Positions 49,267 to 62,400 of a stretch of 64,000 nucleotides of DNA are shown piece after piece; position 1 is the first letter of the stretch; each line of letters begins with the position of its first letter. Below the pieces are notes generated by a model. That model made no database searches. It saw nothing but the letters and a program-made list of their open reading frames with translations, and had not been told where the DNA came from. The stretch covers positions 52,018,001 to 52,082,000 of the forward strand of contig CM060733.1 in assembly GCA_030704615.1 (NCBI GenBank). Reading direction: 5' to 3'. Both the position numbers and the translations under genes were made by a program. The DNA is from Takakia lepidozioides. Taxonomy: Eukaryota > Plantae > Bryophyta.

Positions 49267-51611
49267 CCATGCGAAAAAGATCTTGTTATCCATTTGGCAA
49301 GCAATGCCTTAATTTGTGCGCCAGGATCGAGAATCCCCAATCCCCCTTCTTTTTTGGGCCTGCATAGTTGCGCCCAAGAGACCAGCGCACGTCTGGTAGG
49401 GGATTGTGGATTGGCTCCCCACGAGAAATTTCTCATTAAGGCTGTAATCTTTGCCACCAAACGAGAGCCTGGAGCCCATACAGAAGCATGAAACCATTGG
49501 GAGGCGAGGAGAACCTGATTTAGCACCAAAGCGCGACCAACATACGGATAGCATCGCCGAGCTCCAAAAAGTCAGACTATTGCGGAGCTTTCTTAGAGTG
49601 GGTTCGAAGCATAGTTCCTCAGTTAGGCCAATTCCAACCTGGAAGCCGAGAAGAGTGTGCGAAGAACCATGCAGCCATGTGAGCCCCAACTCTTCTCCCC
49701 AAGTCTGAGTGTGTCTCCTTGGGGCCTGGTCCTTGATCTCAGAGAGAAGTCCAAAGGACTTGTTCCAGTTGACAGTCAGACCGGAGGCCCTGCAGAAGGT
49801 TAGGAGGGCATCCATGGCATTCCGGATGTTGCGATTCTCCTCATTGTCCAGCAACAGCAAAGTGTCATTGGCGTACATGGACAACTTAATAGAGGGGCCA
49901 GCATAAACACGAAGTCCGAGAATGTCTTGCCTGATGTTGAGAAAGTGACTGAGAGTATCGGCCGCAATGAGGAACAGGAACGGGGCGAGCGGGCAGCCCT
50001 GCCTGACCGATCTGTGCAAAGAGAAGCACTTGGAAATAACACCGTTTATGACCAGTTTGCTTGAAGCAGCTGTCAGAAGCAGATGGACCCATTTTGTGAA
50101 GTGTTCCAGCATCCCAATCTTGAGGTGAACCAAATGCAGAAAGTCCCAGTCGACATTGTCAAAAGCCTTCTCGAAGTCCAAGAGAAGAAAAGCAAGAGAC
50201 TCTCCCGAGCCCGCCGCTGCATGAAGAGCTTCATTGACGAGAAGCACGTTATCAAGAATCATTCGGTTCTTCAAAAAGCCGTTCTGCTCCGGCCTGATGA
50301 TCCTGGACAAGATTGGCTGAATTCTCAAAGCTAAAGCTTTAGCTATTACTTTGTAGGTTGTGTTGAGCAAAGTGATGGGTCTATAATTGGATAATCTACA
50401 TTTGTCCCCTTTTTTTAAAGATGAGCGTGATAAGCCCTTGGGAGAGCTGAGAGGGCATGATGTTTTTTGAGAAGATGTTATTAGTGAGAGCAAGAAGGTC
50501 ATCTGCAATAGTCGACCATAAAGCTCTAAAAAGCTCGACTAGGATTCCATCAAGGCATGGCGTTTTTCCTGGCTTGAGGGATTCCATAGCTTTTCACAAG
50601 TCTGTGTCAAAAAAAGGGAAGGGAAATATCTGTGCGTTCTTTCTCAGAAAGCAAGGGAGGCACATGTTGGAGGATTTCTTCACAAGCCAAGGAGGTTTCA
50701 ACGGAAGCTGGTCTTTCAGAAAAAAGATGAGCAAAGTGTCTGGCAGCAGAGTCCGCCATTTCCTTGGGGTTGGATGATGAGACTCCATCTGCGCCCGTAA
50801 GCATAGACATCGTGGAGGCCATTCTTCTTTGCTTAGTTTTCACGAAAAAATATTTCGACATTTTTTCTCCTTTTAACGACCAATTGATGCCAGCTTTTAT
50901 GCGGAGAGCATTCTCCCTATCCTGTCTGAATTTCTAGAGATTTGCCTTAGCACGATTATAAGAGACAAGAGTGTGTGGCCCCTCGTCGTTGTTCTCCAAT
51001 AGCTGCTGACACACTTCTAGGCACTTAATCAAACATCTCTCTTTTTGAGCTTTCATTTCTGCAAATGATCTAGAGAGGTCCTTCGACCGTAGGCGAACTA
51101 CCTGTAGCTTAGCAAGAAAACGAAGCGTAGGAGATTGAAAATGATTTCCAGCATCGTACTAGACTTGGCTCAGCTCAGTAATCACAGATTGGGATTGCAG
51201 AAAGGCCGGATTTAATTTAAAGTAGCCTCTTCCTTTTGCTGCAGTACCAAGCAGTGTGAAGCGAGATCCTATCTCAGAATGATCAAAATCAGGTAGTACT
51301 AGACCAATAGGATAGGAAACCGCCCATGGGATGATGCCACTGGTGCAGTGCATGCGGTCCAGTCGGGCCATCGTCAAAGCCGGGGGTGAGCGATTGTTGG
51401 TCCAGGTGTACTTAAGTCCCTTGTCTCCTAGAATAGAGATATCAATCAAACCAACCGAGAGACAAAAGGTTTCGCAAGCCGTCAGCTGCTCAGGGGACAT
51501 GGTGGAAACATGAGAGCCCATTCTATCAACAAACCCTTCTGTCATATTAAAGTCTCCAACAACAATCCAGTTTTCAATGTGAGGGTGCATCAACACTTTC
51601 GAGTGCAGCAA
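49267..51611 (-). mobile_element. LINE (L1/Tx1-like) 5' part: AP endonuclease C-terminus and reverse transcriptase, degenerate
   Basis: GDFN..YTWTN..ARLDR..DH (endonuclease); YRPITLLN, LDFEKAFD, RQGCPLAP, MYAND (RT motif; the canonical YADD reads YAND); frameshifts. Confidence 0.92.
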
Positions 51612-52849
51612 ATGCTATTTTCTAGGTTGAAATGTGGCGATCTTTTGTCCGAAAATAAAACACTGCTTAGCGTTCACTTTCATATTTGGAAGGGAAAAAA
51701 ATGTGGTATTTGGGGTTATGTGTTTTGAACGTTGAGATCAGACTTGGGGATATGATCTTGGAGAAGGATAATATGTGCAAGTAACGAGTGTTGCTTCAAC
51801 TAAAGATTGCATAGCACTTGAGTATCAAAGAAAATTCCATATGTTCTAGGAATAACCCAATGAAATTTGTTACAAGGCAGTTTATCTTAGAAAAATAGCT
51901 ACCCACGTAAAGCACACTAGTACTAGTACAGCTGAGATATTCATCCAGGACAATAATTGGAAAATGAATTTGGCTAGCAAAACTATGTTCCAATGTTAAG
52001 TTTAGGTTTTTTTTCGATCAATGAAACTCTCGACAAGTTTCAATTGTTTCTTCCAATAATTCAACGTAAGTTTTTTCAAACTTTTTTATATCACTACTAT
52101 ATATAAACAATGACCGCAGATTTTTCCTCCATGAAAGTCTATATAGGTATCTCAATTTGAGGGAATTTATCCAAATATTTAATTTTAGATGATAGATATG
52201 ATGTATTTAACACTTTTAGTAAGAAGTCTCACCCCAAATAGGCTAGAATTGTTTTATTAGAAATTTTAGTATTTAATTCTGAAAAATAAAAAATAACTAT
52301 TTTTTATTTTTAATAATTAGAGATTTTTGAATTTTTTCCATATGTCACTTGGCACCTCTAGATTATGGGTTTTTACACCTTTTTAGTAATGATGATATCC
52401 CATAAGCCTCTAAATGAGGATGATGTACATTAGGGAAAATAAGCCTAGTTTGGGCCTAGTGTTTAGTATAAATTAGTCAATACCTCTCATTCCTTGATGT
52501 TTTTAGTCCATATAAAAGTGCATTTGGGTAGCTTTCAAAATGACACCCCTAATGTGTTTTCTTTTTTGTTATTACTTAGGTGTATATGATGTTTTTTTAG
52601 TCCATATGGTTTTTCATGTGTAACACTGCAGTCCATAAGATTCAACTTTAAGAGTCCATAGCTCTTTCATAGATATCATAAATTTTACAATAAAAAAATT
52701 GGAGTATGTCTCTACTGTAGTTACAAATCTTAGACCGTATAAACTTGTATGAAATATTGAGTTGTGATTTTACTATAAACGGTACCATGAATGGAGGTCA
52801 CTGCAGATGCCAGAAACTGCCATGTTACGCAGTTTTTGGTCCATCGTAG

Positions 52850-53200
52850 CTTGCAACTACCCGGAAAAAAACCCCAATGAGAGTAGAAGCCAAGAATCAC
52901 CCTCCAGATCTTACTTGAGATATTGCAGAAAAGCAAACAATGCTCAATAGACACTGATTCAACATTGAAGACAGATATGGCAGGTAGGCTGGTCTTCATG
53001 AGTAACACGTTTGAAATAAAAATATTCTATGTGCCAGTTTCCAAAAGAAACCTGCCAGACTTTTGCAGCACGATCATTCCTCCAAATGCCTCTCCAGACT
53101 TTATCCCAGACTTTGAATGATATGGTGGGTTGCCCCATTTAGTGGCCCATTTTTTTTCAAATGAGCGAGGTGGGTTGATGAGGGAGTAACCCTCTTCATA
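52850..53200 (-). mobile_element. Isolated LINE zf-RVT fragment
   Basis: Across frames: WATKW..VWRGIW..WKLAHRI..CHIC..SIEHCLLFC. Confidence 0.6.
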
Positions 53201-53528
53201 AATCTTCATATATATTTACTTATTATGCTAGGATTTTTAACTATTTACCTTCTAGTAATTCCAATTGATTTTTTTTCTATTTGTCTTAAGAAGATTAAGA
53301 ATATATCACACATTCATAATAGACCATGTTATAAATAACTCTATTGATGTGATAGTACGTCCGCTTATGACTTGACGACCACATATTATTTTGTGGAAAC
53401 TTTGGCCTCAATTGTGATCAACTTTTTTGACTTGGCTATTGCTCCACTTTGACATGTGTTAGTCTCGAACAGGTTAACGACGTCCATTTGGATCTGCCTC
53501 TGGTGCATCCTCACAGGATAGCCGCTCC

Positions 53529-56500
53529 ATGATGGCAAGGGATTCTAAGAGAAGGACGGTTGACAAGGAAATTAGGAAGATGACGCATCTTCCTGAATTC
53601 CATGGTCGCCCAAATGTGCCTTGCACAGAGGTGCTGTCTTTTCTAGAGACTCTGGAAGAGTTCTTCAGTGAGGACTATACGGATGCAGATAAGATCCGCA
53701 CAGCCTCATTGCAAATGAGAGGCAAGTCTAAAGAATGGTGGATTAGAATGAAAGAGAAGCCGGGTCTGGAAGGGAGAGTGGACCCGATTACCACATGGGC
53801 TAAGTTCAAACGGGTCTTCAAAGAACAGTACCTGCCAGAGGACTATGCGCACAGGATGAAAATGGGTTTGATGGAACTTAGCCAGGGAAGAATGAGTGTG
53901 GCAGATTACAAAGTAAAGTTTGACGAACACGCTTCATACTTCTATTCCTTGAAGGAGTCTGACAGGGTGGATTTCTTCCTGACTGGACTAGATAAGGCTA
54001 TCAGATTTTTGGTTCAAGCATATGAGCCGAAGACAGAGGCTGATGCATATAGACTAGCTATCAATTTTGAGAGCCAGCACAGAGCACATCTGGGTGCAAG
54101 TGCACCTATTGATAGGGATTTCAAGCCGAAGTCATTCTCTTTTGGTGGAGGTCAGAAGAGAAAGAATTGGAAAAGGTTCAATAAGAAGACAACAAAGACT
54201 GAGCCTAGAGATAATCAGAAGTTTGGAGCTTCAGCGACCAAACGCCTATCATAGAAGGAACAGAAAGAACATCGGCGCTTGGGTCAATGTTTTATCTGTC
54301 ATGAGAGAAACCATAGGGCGTTCGAGTGTCCCAAACGCGTACAACGCGCAGCTGCAGCTGTGATTGTGCAAGAGGTTGAGGATAAAATGGATGTGGATGC
54401 ACCTGGGACGAGCAAGGGTAAACAACTGAGGATCTCAGCGGCTGTGATGGGTAAAGAGATAGACCATAATCCCACAGTCATACGATTAAATGGTCAGGTG
54501 GGAAGAGAAACCACGACTGTTTTGATTGACCCAGGAAGCAGCCATAACTTCATGTCTCAAAATTTTGCAAACAAGTGCAAGCTGCAGTTGAAGGAGGTTG
54601 GCACCAGTACCATTTTGTTGCCCAATGGAGATACAGGATCTACCAACAACAGAAGTTTGGAGATCCCTGTCATAATGCAAGGGATCACCACTGAGGTAGA
54701 TTTTGAGATCTGGGATGGCGCGAGATACGACATCATTTTGGGAATGCAGTGGCTGGCAGCTGTGGACGCTCAAGTGGCATGCCGAAATTGTGCAGTGGAG
54801 GGGGAGTTGCCTGGTGGTAAGCGATTCAAGCTTACAGGTACGAGAGCCCTACCCAATGTTCCTTTGTTGTCAATGAAGCGATGCATACGGAAGACAGCCG
54901 GTCAGCTGTTCTTCGTGAGCATTCATGAGAATGATGACGAAGACATTGAAGTGAAGTTGAACAATCTCAACAGAACAGATAAGATCCTGTCTGAATTTTC
55001 AGACGTGTTTCCCAGTGATCTGCCTGGACTACCTCCCGAAAGAGATGTAGATCATGCCATTGAGTTGGTTCCTGAAGCGATTCCTGAAGCGATTCCTGTC
55101 TCTAGGATTCCTTATAGGCATTCTTTGGTGGAGAATGAAGAATTGGAGAGACAGCTGGGCTGATTTGCTAGAGAAAGGTTATATTAAGCCTAGCAAGTCT
55201 CCCTGGGGAGCACCAGTGTTGTTTAAGAAAAAGAAAGACGGAACTTTAAGATTGTGTGCGGACTACAGATGGTTGAATAAACTAACCGTAAAGAACAAGT
55301 TTCCACTTCCTAGGATAGATGACTTATTTGATTACTTGCATGGTGCGCAAGTATTTTCAAAGATAGACCTACGAAGTGGATACCATCAGATCCGTGTCAA
55401 AGACTCGGACACGTTTAAGACGGCTTTCAGAACTAGATTTGGCCACTATGAATATACAGTGATGTCTTTTGGACTCACAAATGCACTAGCCACTTTCATG
55501 TGCTTAATGAATACCTTATTCAGAAAGTATCTGGGGAAATTTGTGTTAGTCTTCATGGATGACATCTTAATCTATTCCAAGTCTGAAGAAGAACACATAG
55601 AACACTTGAAAAGTGTCCTTGAGATTTTGAGAGAGAATAAACTCTATGCTAAGAAGAGCAAATGTGAGTTTTTTGTTTCCCAGATGGAATACTTGGGATT
55701 TATAGTGTCAAAAGATGGCATGTTAGTTGATCCCAAGAAGGTAAAGACTGTGGCAGAATGGCCTATCCCGAAGGATAGAACAGATGTGAGAGCATTCTTA
55801 GGACTTGCAAGCTTTTATAGAAGATTTATAAAGGCATTCTCCAAGATTGCAGCCCCTCTCACTAGCCTGCTGAAAGGCTTAGGAGCGATTACCTGGACCG
55901 AAGATTGTAATGAGAGCTTTGAAAAGCTTAAAGATATGTTAACACATGCTCCTGTCTTGAAATTAATGGATTACAAGACAGGTGGTCTAGTACTTTGCAC
56001 AGATGCGAGTGACCTGGCCATAGGAGCTGTGTTAATGCAACACGGACAGGTAATAGCTTATGAGTCTAGAAAACTAAGCCCAGCAGAGCTGAACTACCCA
56101 GTGCATGAAAAAGAATTGTTAGCCATCATACATGCCTTAAAGGTTTGGCGGCATTATCTACTGGGAAGGGAATTTAAGATTGAGACAGACCATGAAAGCT
56201 TGAAGTATCTAGCCACACAACCCAACCTCAGTCGCAGACAGTGTCGTTGGGTAGAGTTCCTCCAGCAGTTCTTCTTTGAATTGCATTATGTGAAGGGGAA
56301 AGAGAACGTGGTGGCAGATGCATTGTCCAGAAGAAAATGGGCAACTGCTATTTCAGTGATAAGAAGCACTGTGATAGAAGAGATAAGAGGTCAGTATGCT
56401 AAAGACGCATATTTTGCTGGCCCGTTTGAAAGCCTGTCTCGTGGGGTCAAGGCTCCTGATGAAATTGGCAAATATCTAGCTTATCTGTTAAAGGATGGGT

Positions 56501-57839
56501 TATTATACTGTGATGGGCGTCTATGCATCCCTCATGTTGCAGACCATAGATTAAAGATCATGTATGACTGTCATAACATACCCATTGCAGGCCATCCTGG
56601 CTTTCAGAAAACGTATCTTGCAATTAGGAAACAATTTTTCTGGCCTGGGATGAAGAAGAGTATACGAGAATATGTTGAAAGGTGTTACCCTTGTCAGGTA
56701 ACCAAAACAGAACAGATCAAGACTCTTGGACTTTTGCAACCTCTGAATGTGCCTAGGGCAAAGTGGGAATCTATAAGTATGGATTTCATTGTCTCATTGC
56801 CTAAGACAAGAAATGGACATGATGCCATCTTTGTGGTAGTCGACCGCTTGTCAAAACAAGCGCATTTCATACCCACAAAGATGAGTGCAACTGCTATAGA
56901 CACAGCTAATCTCTTTGTAAAAGAGATATACAGGCTGCATGGATTGCCAAGAGAAATTGTGTTTGACAGGGATTCGAAGTTTACGAGCGGATTTTGGACT
57001 GCTTTGTTTAAAGCTTTGAATACCAGATTATGTTTTAGCAGTGCTTACCACCCAGAATCTGATGCTCAGACAAAGAGGACAAATAGAACCTTAGAAGACA
57101 GTATGTGGGGCAAAGGCAAAGCTCTTGGGAACAATATTTTCATTTTTGTGAGTTTGCCTATAATAAGAACATGCATACAGCCATTGGGGTAAGCCCATTT
57201 GAAGCTGTTTACGGACAAGATTGCTTGACACCAGCATCTTGGCATGTTTCTAATACTAAGGTCAAAAGTGTCAATCAGATGATAGCAAGGATGCAACAAG
57301 AGATGGACCTAATGAAGGATAGCATGAGGAGAGCTCAAGAAAGGGCAAAGACCTATGCTGATCAGAAAAGGTCTTTTAGAGAATTTGAGATTGGAGATCA
57401 AGTATTTTTGAAAGTGATCCCTAAGAAGAGCCAGTTGAGCCTAGGAAAGTGTTATAAGCTTTCCCCAAGGTACTGTGGACCTTTCAAGATTATCAAAAAG
57501 ATTGGCAAAGTCGCCTACAAGCTGGAACTGCCTGTTAGGTGGAAGATACATGATGTATTTCATGTGAGCCTCTTAAGGAAATATGTTTCAGATCCCAACC
57601 ATATTCTCCCAGACTTGCCGAAAGTCACAACCGAAGGAGAAATTGTGGCAGAACCAGAAGAGATTCTTAAGGTAGAGATGAAAACCTTGAGATCTCGTTC
57701 TTGGAATGAATTCTTGATCAAGTGGAAGAATTACCCTATAGAAGAATCTACATGGGAGAGAGAAGATGCTCTTCGTAAGAATTTTCCCCAGTTCAGTATT
57801 GAGGACAATACTCCTTTATAGGAGGGGGGGGTAATATAG
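53529..57839 (+). mobile_element. Ty3/gypsy chromovirus 1 (gag-PR-RT-RH-IN-chromodomain), degenerate
   Basis: Gag; zinc knuckle CFICHERNHRAFEC; protease LIDPGS; RT FMDD; RNase H TDASD; integrase GHPG/SMDF; chromodomain EFLIKWKNY..TWE; PPT GGAGGGGGGGG 57821-57831. Stop at 54252-54254 and frameshifts at ~55160 and ~57100; 5' LTR not identified. Confidence 0.93.
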
Positions 57840-59434
57840 TGTCGCACACCTCACTTCGGTAAACTCCCCTTCAAGTCATAGTTACTCGCTTTGATGCGCG
57901 CGCCTGACTCCCAACCTGGCCGCCGGGCCAACTTGGAGTTTCGGCTGCTCACCGGGACATAACGGTCCCCTTCCGCTTCCCTCTAAACCCTCCACCTATT
58001 TGGGACTAGGAGAATTCCCTTTGGTAGATGGCAGTCCGGAACAGCTCCCCACTCTTTGGTCGCTTTCCGGCTCGCTCGCTTACTCACTAGTTTTTGGTCA
58101 CCAACGGGCTTGCACCGTTCTCGGGGTTACTACTCCCTATATATACTTCTGTAGCTGTCCGCGGGGGTTTCATAACCAGCCATGCCATTTTATGGCGAAC
58201 CACCACGAAAACCCTCGACTCCCGGTGGTGAGTCGCGGTGAGTCTTGGCCCACTCACCGCGGCCCCAATGGACCGTGATGAGTCCCAAGACTCCCCACGA
58301 CTCCCACCTCGAGGTCTCCACCCCATGGTGAGTCCTATGCCACCCCCACTAAGTCCCACTAAGCTACCACCACCCCTTGTGGAGCCACCTCCACCGCAAC
58401 CCGGTGTGCGGGGCTCCACCTAGTGAGCGCCTCCGCCTCCTTGAGTGCCTTGGGCACTCAAGGGTGCTTCAGCCCCCCATACCTATCGCCGCCGCTGCCC
58501 CCACCACAGGGGCAGCCCCTCATGTGTCCCGACCCCCTGCCCTCAAGGCAAAGGGCCGCGACACACACCCCTACCAACAGGGAGTCGATGTCCTCATCGA
58601 CTTGTCCATTTTGTAGAAACGAACATCCAAGTTGTGGCGTCCCACATCAAGGAGTTTGTTTCCGTACCATGGCGTCCCATGGCAAAGAACCAAACCCCAC
58701 ACTTGACTCCACTCTCCACTAGCTAGTTCGGCCGACTTCCTCCAAGTCCCGGCCAAGGGTGGAGCCTCTCCAGCTCCTCCCAGTGCACTCTTCTTGGCCT
58801 ACTTCAAGGCCAAGGAACGATCCTCCCCGAGGATCGAATCGCCTTACTGCAACAACATTGCTTGCGATCGCTCATGATGCCGCTTTTGGCATCACCTTGA
58901 GCAAGGGTTCACCTGAAACCCTCTTTGACTAGGAAGATAACCTTGAACCAACCGTGCGCCCCAATCACTACAATTGGGTCCGCCTTGGAATGCTGGCCTG
59001 AGGTACGGGAACACGCCGAAGCCGCACTACGACTTCGTCCCGAGGCTACACGATTATAGTACGTGAACGGAAGCACGTAGCTTCCGCGTTAGCCCGCACT
59101 ACAAGGCAACCCCCTCGGTAGCGCAGTTATAGTACGCGCACGCGCCAGGTGCGCACTAGCACTTGAACTCCCAAATAAGGCGCAAGTTTCCTTGCCCCTT
59201 GGATGGGAGTCACCCGATTTCGGCACTGCGCAAACACACGATTAACTCAATTTACCTCTCCCACTTTTGTAAGCTAGCATGCATTCTACACACCAGCCAA
59301 CCACACCATGCATCACATTCCAAACACAATAGGACGCACAATATTTGGAACCCATTTCCTTTATCACAAATTTTTGTACAATACAAGTTTTTGCAATCGG
59401 ATTCCTGAGCTAGCTAAACCGGGCTAAGCATGCA
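57840..59434 (-). mobile_element. Putative 3' LTR of gypsy element 2
   Basis: Follows the minus-strand PPT (GGGGGAGGAAA, 59435-59445); starts TG (59434) and ends CA (57840) on the minus strand. Confidence 0.65.
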
Positions 59435-59468
59435 TTTCCTCCCCCACGCTCCAAGGTTGATGTCCCCA

Positions 59469-62400
59469 TCAACGCTTCTTCCGCTTTTGAGGTCGCCCTT
59501 CGAACGCTGCAACTGCCTCGGATGCGTTTCCCATTTCTGAGGCACGCACCCAAGATGCCTCCACAAGATGATAGCCCTTCCATTTGACGAGATACTCCGT
59601 TTCTCGGTTCTTGAACCTCCTCGACTTAAGTATTGCCTCCAGCTCGTACTCGGGTTCATTTTCATGATCCAACAGCATAGGTGGCGGACGCAACACTTGC
59701 TGCCGATTCGGACGTGCTTCATCTTTGAAGTAAGGCTTCAAAAGGGAGACATGGAATACTGGGTGCACCTTGCTGTTTGCTGGCAGCTCCAATTCATACA
59801 CATCCTCATTCATAACCCTCCGAATGCGAAAGGGACCCGCATACGGAGGTACGAACTTCGGACTCATTTCCGGAGGTAGTCGAAAATTCTTGATGTTCAA
59901 CCAGACCTCTGTGCCTGCCTCAAACTTCACTTCCCTCCGCTTCCGATTCGCCTGCCTTTCATACCGTTTCCTAGCTTTGGCAATGTTGTACTTTGCGAGC
60001 TTCAACAAACGCTCGCGTTCTTCCAGTACCGCCGCTACTGCCGGTTCCTCAACGTCCTGGGCGGCCCAACTTGTCGGCACCAGAGGTGCTTTTCCATAGA
60101 CCAACACAAAAGGGGAAACTCCCGTCGCGGAGTGTTCTGTGTTATTATAACAGAACTCTGCCGCGTCTAAGTGTTCCATCCAGTCTGATTGGTCTGCCGA
60201 CACGTAATTCCGCAAGAATTGCTTCACTACGGAATTCACTCTTTCCGTTTGGCCGTCCGTCGTAGGTCGGAAGGCGGTGCTCATCTTCAGCCTCGTCCCC
60301 ATCTTCTTCCAAAGTGCTCTCCAGAATTTACTCGTAAACTTTGGGTCGCGGTCCGAGACAATATCCTTCGGGACTCCATGATGCTTTAAGACGTGGGCGA
60401 AGTAAAGTCGCCCTGTCTCCTGCGCAGTAGCCGTCTCCTTGGTGGGGATGAAATGGGCCATTTTACTGAACCTATCTACCACCACCATGATTGCATCGAA
60501 TCCTTTTGACAGCGGCATAGCAGTCATGAAATCCATCGAGACGCTTTCCCAAGTCCCCTCTGGAATCGGCAAGGGTTGTAACAGCCCCGCTTGTTTTTTA
60601 TACTCGCTCCGGTTTTGTTGGCATGTGGTGCATGTCTTTACATACTCCTCTGCCTCCTCCCTCAGTTTGGGCCAGAAATACTCTTTCTTCAAGGTGCCGC
60701 AGTGCGCTTGGCTCCACCGTGGCCCGCAAGCGGGCTATCATGGCATTCTCTCAAGAGACTATCCCTGATCCCTCCCTTTGGCACATAGAGACGTTTTTGC
60801 TTATACCGGAGCAGTCCGTTTTGCAAGTGGAACTGCGATTTAACCCCCATTCTCAAGTTCTGCATCACGCACTTTGCCAGCTCATCCTTCCGGCAAGCCT
60901 TCCGGATCTTCCTTTGGAGCGCCGTCTCGCCCTTGTACACCAACAAGAGCTGCTGCTTTCTACTTAAAGCATCGGCCACCACATTGTCCCGTCCCGGTTT
61001 GTACTGGATATCCACGTCGAACACTGCCAAAGTATCTTGCCACCTAAGTTGTTTTGGGGACAACTTGGGCTGCGTGGCAAAATACTTCACCGTGACATTG
61101 TCCGTGAACACCTTCACTGGGTTGGAACCAACATAGTGGCGCCAGAGTTCAAGGCAATGTACCACCGCCTTCATCTCTTTTTCGTGCGTCGGCCACCGTC
61201 GCTCCACTTCATTCAGTTTCTTACTTTCGTAAGCCACTGGACGTCCATCTTGCATAAGTACACCCCCAATTGCGAAGTCCGATGCATCTGTATGAATCTC
61301 AAACGGACGATCGAACTCCGGGATTTTTAAGACTGGAGCTTCCGTCATCCGCTGCTTCAATTCAGCAAAAGCTTGGCCACAAAATGTGTTCCATACCCAG
61401 ACTTTGGATTTACACAGAAGGTCCGACAGCGGCCCCGCGATCTTGGCGAAATTTCTCACATACTTCCGGTAATAGGAGGCGAGTCCTAGGAAGGATCGCA
61501 CTCCCGGGACCGAAGTCGGAGGCTCCCAGTCCAAGATCGCCCTCACCTTTCTGTCATCCATTTTGATCCCATCCTGTGTAATCACGTGCCCCAAGAACTC
61601 CACTTTTGTGACCCCGAATTCGCACTTTGAAGCTTTGGCATACAGCTTCCCTTCTCGCAATTTTTGGAACACCCTTTTGAGGTGCTCCAGGTGCTCCTCC
61701 TTTGTTTTCGAGTACACCAAGATGTCGTCGATGTACACGATCACAAAGTCATCCAACCACTCCTGGAAAAGGCTGTTCATCAGCGTGCTAAATGTCGCTG
61801 GTGCATTGGTGAGCCCAAAAGGCATCACCAAGAACTCATATGAACCATACCTTGTCCTGCACGCGGTCTTCTCCTCATCTCCTTCCGCCACCCGAATTTG
61901 GTGATAGCCGGAGCGCAAGTCGATCCGGCTGAAATACTTCGCTCCTGCCAACCGATCGAAGAGGTCGTCGATCCTTGGCAAAGGGTACCGGTTTTTGATA
62001 GTCACCTTATTCAGAGCCCTGTAATCGACACACATCCGCAGCGTCCCATCCTTCTTGTCTGCAAATAGCACCGGGGCTCCGTAAGGTGACTTACTCGGCC
62101 GGATGTACCCCTTTGACATTAGATCTTTGAGCTGAGTCTTCAGCTCGACCAACTCTTTGTGGCTCAACCGGTAGGGCGCCTTGGCAGGCGGTTCCGATCC
62201 CGGTATCACCTCAATTTTGTGGTCAACTCCTCTTCGCGGTGGCAAGCCGCTTGGTAAATCCTCCGGCATCACATCCTGGTATTTCTCCAAAATCCCCTTG
62301 ATCCAATCTGGGCTCGGCTCCCCATCGCCTTCTCCTTTCACTTCTCTAATGTAAAGCAAAAACTGGGACTCGTGTGTCTCCTCCACGGCCCACTCCTTTG

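Noticed and set aside
51612-53470. 5' LTR/PBS of gypsy 1
   Set aside because: No match to the post-PPT sequence and no clear PBS; the region is AT-rich and includes a LINE fragment.
54252-54254. Programmed gag-pol stop readthrough in gypsy 1
   Set aside because: The TAG falls upstream of the Gag zinc knuckle and the element has other lesions, so a point mutation is more likely.
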